Assembly (NCBI GenBank): GCA_963788195.1 | Contig: CAWBGA010000001.1 | Location: 224,001-288,000 of the forward strand | Direction: 5' to 3' | From: Nitrospirota bacterium | Lineage (GTDB): Bacteria > Nitrospirota > Nitrospiria > Nitrospirales > NS-4 | DNA length: 64,000 nt | Program-made: the position numbers and the translations under genes | Notes under the pieces: generated by a model | What the model was told of the DNA's origin: nothing | Databases searched by the model: none | The model's input: the letters and a program-made list of their open reading frames with translations, nothing else | Shown: positions 1 through 9,344 of the stretch, piece after piece | Position numbering within the stretch: position 1 is the stretch's first letter | Layout: each line of letters begins with the position of its first letter

Positions 1-257
1 CAAATTTGGTACGGAGCGTGACACCGCATGGTGTTGCCCTCATCGGCACTCCGAATCTCACGGCGGATCAATATGCCTCGCCAAATTCAAAAGTCGGCCA
101 CGTCAATCTGAAAGACCACAAAACGTTGCGTTCAATGCTGGCTCCCTGGTTCCATAACATCTTTCTTTTCTCCATGAATGACGAAGTGCTGCACACTGGT
201 TTCTACCCGATGGCGCATTACCTGTGGGCATTGTGCGCGTCGCCCAAAAGAACCTAG
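1..257 (+). CDS. Class I SAM-dependent methyltransferase, C-terminal part (truncated by window start)
   Basis: Open frame from the window edge; '[11 protein letters not shown]...GHVNLK' resembles the post-motif 'L.PGG.L.IGTPN...H' region of class I MTases in polysaccharide loci. Confidence 0.65.
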   Translation, partial: NLVRSVTPHGVALIGTPNLTADQYASPNSKVGHVNLKDHKTLRSMLAPWFHNIFLFSMNDEVLHTGFYPMAHYLWALCASPKRT

Positions 258-261
258 CGGA

Positions 262-1059
262 ATGAAAACGGTTATGACAGTAAGCGATTCGAGCACGAAG
301 GAAGAGGTCACATGTCTGTTAAAAGCGCTTGGCATTCCGCGTGACGGAGTCTTGCTGATCCACAGCTCCTTCAAGGACTTGTCGCGCGCGGGCTACCGGG
401 TGGAGGCCGTGTTGATTGGAATCGTCGAGTATATGTCCCCTGGGACTTTATTAATGCCAACTATGTCGTGGCGTGCCGTCAATCCCGAAAACCCGATCTT
501 TGACGAACTAGAAACGCCCTCCATTACAGGGATTTTAACAGAGAGATTCAGAACACAATATGCAACGCGACGAAGCTTGCATCCTACCCACTCTGTCGCC
601 GGGCGTGGACCATTGGCGGACGATTTACTGGCGTTCCACCATCTTGACGAGAAGCCATGCTGGGAGAGAAGCCCGTGGGGCCTTCTCGACGACTCTGATG
701 CCCATGTCATGTTGCTTGGGGTCGGGATGGAGTCCTGTACTCTCGTCCATCATGTTGAACAGGCCATCGCGCCCGAGCTGTATTTATCACCTCCAGAAGC
801 TCGCGAGCGCTATATTTGCCGTGACAGTCATCGTCATGAGATTCAGATGTACACCAGGCGAACGCTCCGGTTGCCGCGAGACTTTTGGCAGTTCGAAGAG
901 ACACTGGCGGCTGAGGGCAGGGTCCGAGAGCAAATGCTTGCTGGAACGCTCTGTCGCAGTTTTGCAGCGAAGGAGATGGTTCGTGTAATCGCTGATACCT
1001 TGCAACACTGTCCGGATGCAATCATCGCCAAACCAGGTCAGCGTTACCGGATGATGTGA
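262..1059 (+). CDS. AAC(3)/YokD-family N-acetyltransferase
   Basis: Motifs LLIHSSF, GTLLMPT, TGILTERFR, RSLHPTHSVAGRG, MLLGVGMESCTLVHHVE; ATG at 262 just after the upstream stop. Confidence 0.9.
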   Translation: MKTVMTVSDSSTKEEVTCLLKALGIPRDGVLLIHSSFKDLSRAGYRVEAVLIGIVEYMSPGTLLMPTMSWRAVNPENPIFDELETPSITGILTERFRTQYATRRSLHPTHSVAGRGPLADDLLAFHHLDEKPCWERSPWGLLDDSDAHVMLLGVGMESCTLVHHVEQAIAPELYLSPPEARERYICRDSHRHEIQMYTRRTLRLPRDFWQFEETLAAEGRVREQMLAGTLCRSFAAKEMVRVIADTLQHCPDAIIAKPGQRYRMM

Positions 1060-1556
1060 AGTCGGTAATGAAGAAACTAAATGATGGCCACTCTGCGTTC
1101 GTCACCGCTCGCGACCATCTGCAGATCGGCAACGCTGCAGCGGCAATCATCCTGGTAGAAGACGGCCGATATCTCCTGCAATTGCGGGACAACATCGAAT
1201 CCATATGGTATCCCAATCATTGGGGCTGTTTCGGGGGGGGTGTCGAGCCAGAGGAAGACCCGGTGCGAGCGCTGCGGCGTGAATTGCGAGAGGAACTGTC
1301 ATTTGACTTCACCGATGCGCGCTTCTTTACCGAACTTGAGTTTGACTTGGCAGGACTAGGGCTCGATCGATATTACCGCAAATATTATCTGGTGAGCATG
1401 AGGCTGGTAGAGATGGAAGGGTTGCGCCTGACGGAAGGTGTCAGGCTCGCTGCATTCGACGCGGATACGATGCTTGGGACCCTTGATCTCTCTCCATATG
1501 ATGCGTTCGCCCTCTTCCTTCATGCGCGAGGATTTCGACTTGGCAAGCATGCCTGA
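1056..1556 (+). CDS. NUDIX hydrolase
   Basis: Nudix box GGGVEPEEDPVRALRRELREEL; GTGA overlap with the previous stop. Confidence 0.9.
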   Translation: MKSVMKKLNDGHSAFVTARDHLQIGNAAAAIILVEDGRYLLQLRDNIESIWYPNHWGCFGGGVEPEEDPVRALRRELREELSFDFTDARFFTELEFDLAGLGLDRYYRKYYLVSMRLVEMEGLRLTEGVRLAAFDADTMLGTLDLSPYDAFALFLHARGFRLGKHA

Positions 1557-1586
1557 TTTGGAAGGTGGGGATATTACTCGCAGACA

Positions 1587-2879
1587 GTGAAGTTGCTAGA
1601 GGCACTTTTGTGGCTTGCCCGCCCCACACGCAATGCCCTTATTACGATTGGCATCTCTGTGGTGCTGTTCATAGCGTTGAATCTTCTTGCATATCTGGCA
1701 ATGCCTTACTTTGTCCCCCCACGAACAAATGATGTATTCGACGCTGTTTCATGGCCGCATTCAGCCGTAGGTCAACGGGTGCTAAAGGGGATATTCGGGA
1801 CAGAAGATTGGGGCAAGGCGATCCGCTACAACCAGGCATCACCGAACTTCGCAATACATCCTACGCTGAATTTTATGACCGAACCGGTTCGAAACGAGCA
1901 TTTCACGATGGGGCCGGAGGGCGTCCGACTGGAACCCGGATGGAGCGACGATTTTGTTCGACAACAGCTTAAAAATGGTAGGCCGCTGATATTTGTAATG
2001 GGAGGATCAACTGTCTTGGGCCACGGCGTGGGAGCAGATCATACGATCTCCTATCATATGAACGAGGCTTTGCATGGAAGCGGCGCCACCGCCGTGAATT
2101 TCGGTTCGCAGGCCTACGACCAACATCGCGACATTGAGAAACTCCTCTATTTGTTGCGGGAAGGCTTTCGCCCAGCCAAAGTCGTCTTTCTGAATGGGTG
2201 GAATGATATTTTGGGCATGGCCCGCAGCAACCTACGAACGCAAGACAAATTGATATATCACGGGTTCGCGACTAACCGAGGAGAAATTGCATTCACGCCA
2301 GGCGATCGAGTCGACGATCGCAGGCACTTTAGATTGTTTCTGGAGTCATTACCTGCATATCGGTTGCTGGAAACGTATAAGCGACGGTCAATAAACCTCG
2401 ATCGCATGCTGGCGGAACGAGACGCTTTTACCCAAGGCTTTGACTTTTACGAAGCTGAGTTTCTCTATCTCCATTGGGCCGATTTCGCAGATCGCCGTCG
2501 GGAGTTGTTGAAAAAGCAAATCGCGGACAATTTTGCTGCCAATCTTAAATTCCTGCAGGGAATTTCCACCGGCTTTGGATTTGAGTTCTATTCATTCTAT
2601 CAACCTATTGGTCTGCTGGATCCTGACAATCCATTTGTCGGAGATCAGGCCCGGACAGCCGCTGGATATGCCTATGTTCATGAAATGGACGATGTGATCA
2701 GGCACAATATCGCTTCCGGCAAGTTGCCCATGATCGACATAAGCCGAGCGCTGCGAAACATACCAGGTCCGAAATTTATTGATGTTGCTCATTATTCACC
2801 GAGCGCCAATAAAGCTTTGGCGCGAGAAATCCTTCGTTATGTTACGGTAGATGCTGCTTCCTCGGAGCCGAAACAATGA
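1587..2879 (+). CDS. Membrane-anchored SGNH/GDSL-family protein (putative O-acyltransferase/esterase)
   Basis: N-terminal TM helix; block I MGGSTVLG, block III FLNGWND, block V FIDVAHYS. Confidence 0.8.
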   Translation: MKLLEALLWLARPTRNALITIGISVVLFIALNLLAYLAMPYFVPPRTNDVFDAVSWPHSAVGQRVLKGIFGTEDWGKAIRYNQASPNFAIHPTLNFMTEPVRNEHFTMGPEGVRLEPGWSDDFVRQQLKNGRPLIFVMGGSTVLGHGVGADHTISYHMNEALHGSGATAVNFGSQAYDQHRDIEKLLYLLREGFRPAKVVFLNGWNDILGMARSNLRTQDKLIYHGFATNRGEIAFTPGDRVDDRRHFRLFLESLPAYRLLETYKRRSINLDRMLAERDAFTQGFDFYEAEFLYLHWADFADRRRELLKKQIADNFAANLKFLQGISTGFGFEFYSFYQPIGLLDPDNPFVGDQARTAAGYAYVHEMDDVIRHNIASGKLPMIDISRALRNIPGPKFIDVAHYSPSANKALAREILRYVTVDAASSEPKQ

Positions 2880-2939
2880 AACTGGTGATATTTAGTTTAT
2901 GCTTGCTTTCTTAACTCTGAAACCTCAAGAAGGATAATT

Positions 2940-4001
2940 ATGCGAGACTGGTCTAAAGCCGCGTGGGTGGATCCATCATTGAACTGGACACCGCTTCCAG
3001 TTCCGGAGCTGCCCGAGCGGCTGCTGATCGATTTTGCAACGAAGTGCAACTTGCGCTGCCCGATGTGTCCCGTCTGGGGCTCAGACGACGAAGGCGAGAT
3101 CGATCGGGTGTTGGGGACCATGGACCTCGACGCGGCGCGGAAGATTTTCGACGAGGTCGTGGAAACCAAGCCGATGATTGCGCCGAGCATTTACGGGGAA
3201 CCGTTGCTGATTCCCAATATGCGGGAAGTCTTCTCTGACATGAAGGCGCGCGGGCTACCCATCGCGGTCAATACGAACGGGCTCACTCTCAATGCGGACA
3301 TCGCTAAATTCTGGGTTGATATCAAGGTGGACTCCATCATGTTCAGTCTCGATGCGACCACGCGACCGACATTGAGGAAGGTTCGCGGCATCGACAAACT
3401 GGAAAAGATCGAAAGCGCGGTGTTCCGTCTCATGAAAGCGCGCGGCGGGAGTGATCATCCCCGTATCGGTGTCTCGTTCACGGTACAGGATGAGAACAAA
3501 CAAGAATTGGACGACTTCGTTTCCCGGTGGGCGGGGGTTGTGGATGTGGTGAGAATTGGTCTGATGTTCGACAGCCAGGACGGCACGTATCATGACATGC
3601 ACACTGCAACGGCGCGCAAGCCGTGTCCTGCTATCTATAACACCATGCCAATTCACAACGATGGGACGGTTCGGTTGTGTTGCCTTGATGGCTTTCGAGC
3701 CACAACCATGGGAAATATCTTCGAGGATGGAGTCAAGGCGGTATGGGAGGGAGAGGAATTTGCCAAGGCCCGCTACTTTCATGAAACCGGCCAGTGGGAA
3801 AAGGTGCCGTTCTGCCAAAACTGCAACGGATGGGCTCAGCACGATTATCAGGAAGAGATCCGCGATGGTCTTCTGATCCGACGTTCTCCTCAGTTCACGT
3901 ACTACAATAAAATTGATCGTCTTAAAAATTGGACGGGCACGCTGTTGGGAGGCCACCGCCCACCGCCGGTCAATCTTACTGCACAGATCGTTTACATCTA
4001 G
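2940..4001 (+). CDS. Radical SAM enzyme with C-terminal SPASM/Twitch domain
   Basis: CNLRCPMC motif, YGEPLL, VNTNG, FSLDA; C-terminal CPAIY..IHNDGTVRLCC..GNI..FCQNC. Confidence 0.92.
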   Translation: MRDWSKAAWVDPSLNWTPLPVPELPERLLIDFATKCNLRCPMCPVWGSDDEGEIDRVLGTMDLDAARKIFDEVVETKPMIAPSIYGEPLLIPNMREVFSDMKARGLPIAVNTNGLTLNADIAKFWVDIKVDSIMFSLDATTRPTLRKVRGIDKLEKIESAVFRLMKARGGSDHPRIGVSFTVQDENKQELDDFVSRWAGVVDVVRIGLMFDSQDGTYHDMHTATARKPCPAIYNTMPIHNDGTVRLCCLDGFRATTMGNIFEDGVKAVWEGEEFAKARYFHETGQWEKVPFCQNCNGWAQHDYQEEIRDGLLIRRSPQFTYYNKIDRLKNWTGTLLGGHRPPPVNLTAQIVYI

Positions 4002-4034
4002 ATTTCCTCGCAGGTGGTCATCCGCCCATCCCCA

Positions 4035-5271
4035 ATGACTAAAGGAACACATGACGCCTCCGTTGCGGAGCCGGAAGAGGGCTTGGCTCGTTTCATTCTT
4101 CAGTTCCGCCGGGGAGGGCCGGCATGGATCTTCCGCCGATTGCAATCGGAACTTCTGTTGCCGACAACAAAACCGGGAAAGCTTATTCACACCGCGTTGG
4201 GCCGAACCATTGCTGCTGGTTGTGCACCAATCCGGTCCGCTCGCCGCCTGATGGGGAAAACGGCGCCTGTTGAAAAGCAAACATTGTATGCGTTCTATGA
4301 CTTGAAGGTTGAGCCGATCACGTTCGACATTCTGTGGTTTCTGGCGGGCGCTGATTTGCAGCGCCGGAGTCTGGGCCTTCGGCATTTGCATGTCGTCATC
4401 GTGCCTGGTCCTGATGATGGATTACGCAAGGAAAATCCACGCTATGAAGCTGCGGTGGATCGAGAAGCACGGCGCTGGCGTATTGATAATATTCTGGTCG
4501 GTGCTCTCAGTCTTCTGCCGTCCTGCGCGGGCTTTACCTTGGCGGGGTCGCGTCACGAAGCCGCCATCATACGCTCGGGAGCGGCTTTCCGTTGCTATCC
4601 AAAGGATTACGAGCCGCTTTTGCCTGCCGCGCATCATCCTAATGATAGTCTGATTCCAGCCCGAGCAGACATTCGACCGATCGGCACGCTGCGTGCGGGG
4701 ACTCAGGGGTTACGCTACGTAGATCGGTGGTTTGCCAACTATGCAGCGGATCGCCGGTATGATCACGATCACGCTTCGAGATTACGAATATAATCCGGGT
4801 CGCAATAGTAACGTGGCTGCATGGGCGGAGTTTGCTCGAAGACTGGATCCCTGCGTCTGGATGCCGGTCTTCGTGCTCGATACAGAGCGCACGTTGGATG
4901 AAGCTCAGCTAGCGATTCGGGGGTTTACTGTTTTTCGCGAAGTGGCATGGAACGTTGGATTACGCATGGCGCTTTATGAGCGCGCCTGGCTCAATCTTGG
5001 AGTGAACAATGGACCAATGGCGCTATGCTGGCTTAACGACCGCACACGCTATATCACGTTCAAAATGGTCACACCCGGAGTTGCCGGATCTACTGTGGTC
5101 TTTAATCGCTCACGAGGTTTCGAACCAAATCAATCACTTCCCTTCGCAACGCCATATCAGAAGTGGGTGTGGGAAGAGGATGGGCTGGAGGTGATCGAGC
5201 GAGAGTTTCAGAGGATGGTCGGGCGTATTGAAAACGCATCCCATTCGCAGCCCTGTGACGATGCAAATTAA
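4035..5271 (+). CDS. Uncharacterised protein, possibly a GT-B-fold glycosyltransferase; one +1 frameshift near 4758
   Basis: ORFs 4014-4793 and 4732-5271 join as ..DRR/MITITLRDY..; C-terminal 'LYERAWLNLGVNNGPMAL' recalls the GT9-like 'IGxDSGPMHLA' motif. Confidence 0.5.
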
Positions 5272-5318
5272 CTGTTGGCCACGACAAGATATACGCACCG
5301 TGAGCTGAGGGAAGTTGA

Positions 5319-6113
5319 ATGGTGCCGCAATACGATATAGCAGTAAGAGATATCATTGGAGGCATTTTGAACTGGCGGATGTGGGCGCGTTTGGGTTGGC
5401 AGGAGACCAAGCGCCGCTATCGACGCACGGTGATCGGACCATTCTGGACGACGCTGTCGCTTGGGATCTTTATTTTCGCCCTCGGTATTATCTGGGCGCA
5501 GCTGTGGAAACAGGATCCCAAGACGTATTTGCCGTTTCTGGCATCAGGCATGCTTGCTTGGGTATTAGTTTCTTCCATGATCTCCGAAGGATGTATCGTC
5601 TTCACGTCGAGTGAAAATCTTATTAAATCATTGAGGGTCAATTACACGGCCCTCACCTGTGCAGTCGTCTGGCGTAATCTGATCGTGCTTGCGCACAACT
5701 TCCTCATCTTCATCGCCGTCATGATCTATGCAAGTCTGCCGGTCACCTGGAACTCTCTATTAATTCTCCCGGGTCTTCTCCTGGTCTCGATCAACGGGAT
5801 TTGGATCATTACCTTACTAGGCCTTCTGTCGTCGCGTTATCGTGATATCCAACAGGTCACAGCGAGCATTCTGCAAGTAGCGATGTTTGTGACTCCGATT
5901 TTCTGGTCGCCTCCGCAACTCGGTGCGCGGCTTGCCAGCTTTGTTGACTTTAATGTTCTCTACCATTTTGTTGATGTCATCCGCGCCCCGCTATTGGGCC
6001 GGGCGCCGTCGCTCTGGACGTATGCGATGCTCGTTGCCTGTACCATCGTGGGTTGGTCTCTGACGGTCATGGTCTATAGTCGATTTCGCCGCCGGCTGGC
6101 CTATTGGCTCTAG
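5319..6113 (+). CDS. wzm: Polysaccharide ABC exporter permease (Wzm)
   Basis: RYRRTVIGPFW, RYRDIQQV, MFVTPIFW motifs; about 6 TM helices. Confidence 0.93.
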   Translation: MVPQYDIAVRDIIGGILNWRMWARLGWQETKRRYRRTVIGPFWTTLSLGIFIFALGIIWAQLWKQDPKTYLPFLASGMLAWVLVSSMISEGCIVFTSSENLIKSLRVNYTALTCAVVWRNLIVLAHNFLIFIAVMIYASLPVTWNSLLILPGLLLVSINGIWIITLLGLLSSRYRDIQQVTASILQVAMFVTPIFWSPPQLGARLASFVDFNVLYHFVDVIRAPLLGRAPSLWTYAMLVACTIVGWSLTVMVYSRFRRRLAYWL

Positions 6114-6125
6114 TACGATTCCGCA

Positions 6126-6899
6126 ATGGCGTCCCTCATCCTTGACAACGTGACCGTAGATTTCCCGATCTACGGTTCTCAAAAGACCTTTCGCGAAGTC
6201 CTGAAGAGTGCGACTGGGGGCCTCATCCGGCGGGAAGGATTGCGCAACGAGCGTGTGACAGTTCGGGCGCTCGATAGTGTGTCTCTAATGCTCAAGCACG
6301 GCGATCGTCTCGGTATTATGGGACACAATGGCGCCGGCAAATCTACTTTGCTGCGGGTCTGCGCCGGGGTGTACGAACCCACGCAAGGCCGGGTATTTAT
6401 AGAAGGCCAGGTTTCCCCGCTATTTAATACTTCTCCCGGCCTTGATGCGGAGGATACGGGCTATGAGAACATCCTCACATGCGGGCTGTTTCTGGGCATG
6501 ACCCATCAGGAAATTACGCGCAAGATGCCGGACATCGAGCAATTTTCCGAGCTCGGGGAATATCTCTCGCTGCCGGTCAGAACCTATTCCACCGGAATGC
6601 TGATGCGTCTGGGCTTCGCGATCGCCACGGCCATTGATCCTGAGATCCTGATCTTGGATGAAGGATTAAGCGCGGGCGACGCTCGGTTTGCGGAGCGAGC
6701 CAAGCAGCGCGTTGACGATTTGGTCGGGCGATGTAGTATTCTTGTTCTGGCGTCGCACTCAGAGGATTTGATTCAATCCATGTGCAATAAAGCAGTGATA
6801 TTGCGATCGGGTCGACTTGTTGAGGCTGGAAGTGTCGAAGAGATGGTGGAGGCCTACCACGCCCTGAATGCCGATCAGGCAGGTGCCAATATTCTTTGA
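6126..6899 (+). CDS. wzt: Polysaccharide ABC exporter ATPase (Wzt), no C-terminal carbohydrate-binding domain
   Basis: GHNGAGKSTLL, YSTGMLMRLGFA, ILILDE; 257 aa. Confidence 0.93.
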   Translation: MASLILDNVTVDFPIYGSQKTFREVLKSATGGLIRREGLRNERVTVRALDSVSLMLKHGDRLGIMGHNGAGKSTLLRVCAGVYEPTQGRVFIEGQVSPLFNTSPGLDAEDTGYENILTCGLFLGMTHQEITRKMPDIEQFSELGEYLSLPVRTYSTGMLMRLGFAIATAIDPEILILDEGLSAGDARFAERAKQRVDDLVGRCSILVLASHSEDLIQSMCNKAVILRSGRLVEAGSVEEMVEAYHALNADQAGANIL

Positions 6900-6905
6900 G
6901 GCGAG

Positions 6906-8075
6906 ATGACGCAGCCTCGACAAACTCAAATTATGTTTCTTCTGCGATCTCTCAATTATGGGGGTGCAGAACGGCAGGTGATTGCACTTGCCGGTACCCT
7001 TCGACAAAAAGGCGAACCGGTGACCATCGCCACGTTTTATCCGGCGGGGCCATGGGGCAAAGATCTCGAGGAGAAGGGCATTCCTTTATATAGCCTCGGG
7101 AAACGGGGACGCTGGGACTTCCTTTTTTTCTTGAGGTTGATCAAGCATGTGCGCAAGATATGCCCCGTCATCGTATACAGCCATTTGACCACCGCCAATA
7201 TTTTCGCAGCGTTACTCAAGCCAATGTGTGCGCCTGTCCGGATTGTGTGGGGTGTGCGCTCCTCGAATATGGATCTGAAACGCTACGGTTGGGTGGACCG
7301 CTTTGTGTACCGTTTAGAATGCGCATTGTCCCGCTTTGCTGATCTGATCATCACAAATTCCCATGCCGGCCTGCACTATGCCATAGAGCACGGTTTTCCG
7401 AAGGAAAAGTTGGTGGTCATTGCCAATGGCATCGATACAAACCAATTCTCTCCCGACCCTCAGTCTCGCGACAGGGTGCGAAGGACTTTGGGTCTGGCTG
7501 AGCATGACATTTTGATCGGCCTGGTCGGCCGGCTGGATCCGATGAAGGACCATCCCACATTTCTAAATGCCGCTGCCCTTTTGTCAGAGAAACAGGAGGT
7601 GCGGTTTCTGTGTGTGGGAGACGGGCCGGAATCGTACCGATCATGGCTGCAAGGCATGGCGAAGGAACTTGGAATTGACGAGCGAGTCATTTGGCTGGCT
7701 GCTGCTGAGGATATGGCCGCCATGTATAACGCGATGGATGTGATGACATCGTCGTCTTCTTTCGGCGAAGGGTTCTCGAATGCGATTGGTGAAGCGATGG
7801 CCTGCGGTGTGCCCTGTGTGGTTACAGATGTGGGGGACGCAAAGCGGATTCTCGGAGAGACCGGCTGTGTAATCCCCCCCGGCGATCCAGCAGCATTGTG
7901 CTTCGCCTGGCAGAAGATGCTGGAGTTGGATCCATATGCCAAATCTTTGCTTGCGAGAGACGCACGTAATCGCATTGTTCGCTACTATGGAACGGAAAGG
8001 CTTGTCGCCGAACACATGGGACGCGCTGAAAGCGGTACCATAAAAGCAGTGCCCTTTAAAACAATGCCTTCCTGA
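6906..8075 (+). CDS. Glycosyltransferase family 4
   Basis: GGAERQ, VGRLDPMKDH, EGFSNAIGEAMACGVP; the true stop may be TAA at 8041-8043 if there is an extra base near 8008. Confidence 0.93.
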   Translation: MTQPRQTQIMFLLRSLNYGGAERQVIALAGTLRQKGEPVTIATFYPAGPWGKDLEEKGIPLYSLGKRGRWDFLFFLRLIKHVRKICPVIVYSHLTTANIFAALLKPMCAPVRIVWGVRSSNMDLKRYGWVDRFVYRLECALSRFADLIITNSHAGLHYAIEHGFPKEKLVVIANGIDTNQFSPDPQSRDRVRRTLGLAEHDILIGLVGRLDPMKDHPTFLNAAALLSEKQEVRFLCVGDGPESYRSWLQGMAKELGIDERVIWLAAAEDMAAMYNAMDVMTSSSSFGEGFSNAIGEAMACGVPCVVTDVGDAKRILGETGCVIPPGDPAALCFAWQKMLELDPYAKSLLARDARNRIVRYYGTERLVAEHMGRAESGTIKAVPFKTMPS

Positions 8076-8183
8076 ATGCGCCGCGCTATCATTTATCACC
8101 TCTTCTCCATCCCTCCTCTTTCTCTCCCAGGTAAGCTGTAGCTCCTTTTCTCTATACGCTTTTCCCAGCCCGAATAGCGTACG

Positions 8184-9299
8184 TTGAGCCCTCTCTTGTG
8201 GCATAGGTTCCGGCAGGGTGTCGCAAACCTGGCGTTGATGCTAGGCAGCGTCGTCTTCGTGCTGGTCATGTGCGAATTCGTTGCGTTCCGTTTCATTTTT
8301 CTGCCGAGTGATGTGCCCCGAAATGTCTTTAGGGATGGATTGATCCGATATGCTCCCGAGCAGTCGGGGGTCTGGCGGGTACATGATGAGATCAGTGCGC
8401 CGTACGCTATCAACAGGGAAGGCTGGAACTCTAGCCATCGCGTGTATCGCCCCGAACGAACTCCCGGGCGAATGCGGATCGTCATCATCGGCGACTCCTT
8501 TGTGGAAGGCTTCCAAGTTCCCGTTACCGCGAGCCTTGCCGAGCAACTCGAACACTCGCTCCCGTCAACAGAAGTCTATCGTGTTGCTATCAGTGGCGCT
8601 CCTTTGAGCCAATACCTTCTCATGCTCGAACGGGAGGGCGTCCGCTATTCGCCCGACCTGGTTGTTATCGTGTTGGTGCAGAATGATTTTGATGAATCGT
8701 TTCGGTTCATGCCTGGACGATACACTTCAAGTTTCCTTAAGCTTCGGCTTGAGGAGGGACGGGTTACCGAGGAGGTCCAACCGAGCCGGTATCAGCCCGG
8801 CCCCTGGGAATGGTTGCGCTTTACTGCAACCGCGCGCTATCTTTACTATCGACGGCAAATTGTAAGGGCGATGCCGCTGTTCCTGTGGAGCGCACAAGAG
8901 GCAGGCTCCAATTTCCAAACCAACATTGATACAAGGGCGGTGCTCGAGCGGGCGACCGATGTCGCCCTGGCGACAGACTATTTGTTCGGGCGATTGGCGG
9001 CTGTGGCCAGCGCGCATAAGTTTGATCTGCTGTTCGTCATGGACGGCGATCGCCAGGCAATCTATCGCGGCATTGATAGTGCGGCGTTGTACAACAGTGG
9101 GGCCTTGGCACTCAATACTTTGGCGAACCGAGCGGCCGACAGGCATGGGATTCCTTTTATTGATCTTCATCCGCGCTTCGAGCAGGACTGGCTCAAGAAC
9201 CGGCGTCGTTTTGATTTCGAATCGGAAAACCATTGGAACCAATATGGTCACGCGATCGCTTCTGCCGCCATCGAACAGTTCGTCAGGCATCGTCGATAG
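8184..9299 (+). CDS. Membrane-anchored SGNH-family protein (AlgJ/AlgX-like)
   Basis: TM helix, IIGDSFVEG, QNDFDES, ENHWNQYGH. Confidence 0.8.
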   Translation: MSPLLWHRFRQGVANLALMLGSVVFVLVMCEFVAFRFIFLPSDVPRNVFRDGLIRYAPEQSGVWRVHDEISAPYAINREGWNSSHRVYRPERTPGRMRIVIIGDSFVEGFQVPVTASLAEQLEHSLPSTEVYRVAISGAPLSQYLLMLEREGVRYSPDLVVIVLVQNDFDESFRFMPGRYTSSFLKLRLEEGRVTEEVQPSRYQPGPWEWLRFTATARYLYYRRQIVRAMPLFLWSAQEAGSNFQTNIDTRAVLERATDVALATDYLFGRLAAVASAHKFDLLFVMDGDRQAIYRGIDSAALYNSGALALNTLANRAADRHGIPFIDLHPRFEQDWLKNRRRFDFESENHWNQYGHAIASAAIEQFVRHRR

Positions 9300-9344
9300 C
9301 GGGACTTCAGCCGAGAATACCTGACGATTCGGGAACCGCTTCCA

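Noticed and set aside
262..1059. Aminoglycoside resistance gene
   Set aside because: Only family-level similarity; it is operon-embedded with no integron or mobile-element context.
3255..4391. Long minus-strand ORF of 378 aa (similarly 34412-35428 and 58744-59562)
   Set aside because: Antisense shadows of well-supported plus-strand genes, with no recognisable motifs.
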